A stretch of DNA of 64,000 nucleotides, taken from contig JBHGNT010000014.1 in the NCBI GenBank assembly GCA_043228905.1, positions 3,968,001 to 4,032,000 of the forward strand, given 5' to 3'. Below the pieces are notes generated by a model that saw only the letters and a program-made list of their open reading frames with translations, searched no databases and was not told the DNA's origin. Position 1 is the first letter of the stretch. The number at the start of each line of letters is the position of its first letter. Source of the DNA: Azolla caroliniana. Lineage: Eukaryota; Plantae; Polypodiophyta. Below, piece by piece: positions 63,329 through 64,000 of the stretch. The position numbers were made by a program, and so were the translations under genes.

Positions 63329-64000
63329 TTATAAATTACCATTGGAAATGTCTACAAATCTCCTATAAATAGCTAAGCTCTTGCTAGTCAGTGGAACGAG
63401 TCTACATATATTATCCGCATATTGAGCTCGGTATGGAGTCCACAACCATGCACCTAGTTGGCAGCTCACTATTTGCACCAGGTACTGTTCAGGCATTTCC
63501 TCGGGTAGAATGAGACAGCATCTCCGAATATTGAAGTAGTGTCGGAAATGTTCTGTATCCAAAATCAATGTATTGTCGGCATTATATTCAGGCCAAGTAG
63601 CCCAAAAATCAGAAAGTCTCTTGAATCTTGCAGCTTCCATTTGCTCACAATTTTCTCGTGCCCATTGACCTTTAAAACGACTTCGCCATTTTGGGAAGAA
63701 TCTTGCCAAACACTTCCACACATCTGATTTTGGTTTTTCACTCCAAATAAACAAATCAAAGTATTCCACAACCCACTCTAGAAACTGATTTGCGTCCCTC
63801 CTTGGCTGCATATATCTCACACTCATCAAGACTTTATCAAGCTCCAAGATCAAGGCTCTTCTTTCGACTTCTAGTGGTTTAGGTTTCCATTCCTGAAACT
63901 GAGCCGCTGTTACACCATTTTCTGGTAGGATACGATCAATCTCAATCAGCTCAGGTTCGGCTGACACAACTGGTGTCCTTTTCCTCTTTAAACCCCTAGT
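63329..64000 (-). CDS. FCP1/NIF-like HAD phosphatase homologue, probably catalytically dead; 5' end beyond window
   Basis: LILELDKVL (cf. DLDxTL), FLEWVVEYFDLFIWS, WARENC, KRLSDFW, NTLILD; frame open to base 64000, including KRKR. Confidence 0.7.
   Translation of the reverse strand, partial: TRGLKRKRTPVVSAEPELIEIDRILPENGVTAAQFQEWKPKPLEVERRALILELDKVLMSVRYMQPRRDANQFLEWVVEYFDLFIWSEKPKSDVWKCLARFFPKWRSRFKGQWARENCEQMEAARFKRLSDFWATWPEYNADNTLILDTEHFRHYFNIRRCCLILPEEMPEQYLVQIVSCQLGAWLWTPYRAQYADNICRLVPLTSKSLAIYRRFVDISNGNL

Larger units (their letters stand above)
52260..64000 (+). mobile_element. Sola2-like DNA transposon (termini not established; probably runs past the window)
   Basis: Transposase motifs; AGCTAATTAGCT motif at ~52309, 54400-55705 and 63140-63210 brackets the region. 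Confidence 0.55.

Overview
Eukaryotic plant DNA (probably a fern or other non-seed land plant; inferred from the TE lineages and a TTTAGGG filler) made almost entirely of nested transposable elements, with no clear host gene. Left to right: (1) 3' end of a Tcn1-like chromovirus; (2) a decayed tRNA-Arg-primed non-chromoviral Ty3/Gypsy element with an extra coiled-coil ORF, hosting a solo LTR and a gag-only LTR element; (3) two decayed Copia elements; (4) a multi-layer nest in which a tRNA-Trp-primed LTR element holds a Copia and a second chromovirus, whose 3' LTR holds an intact RTE-X-like LINE; (5) a full hAT element; (6) a Sola2-like DNA transposon. The transposase intron of (6) is a palindromic repeat array, its last exon is split by a young Copia, and it appears to carry an FCP1/NIF-like pseudophosphatase. 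Most interesting signals: antisense tRNA-like Pol III cassettes inside the LTRs of two families, self-priming and a -1 frameshift pseudoknot in the chromovirus, an in-frame UAG junction with an AUG-less ORF2 in the LINE, RCGT target preference with a 4-bp TSD, a hairpin motif shared by three unrelated TEs, and the Sola2-like cargo/array system. Family names come from remembered motifs, not database searches.
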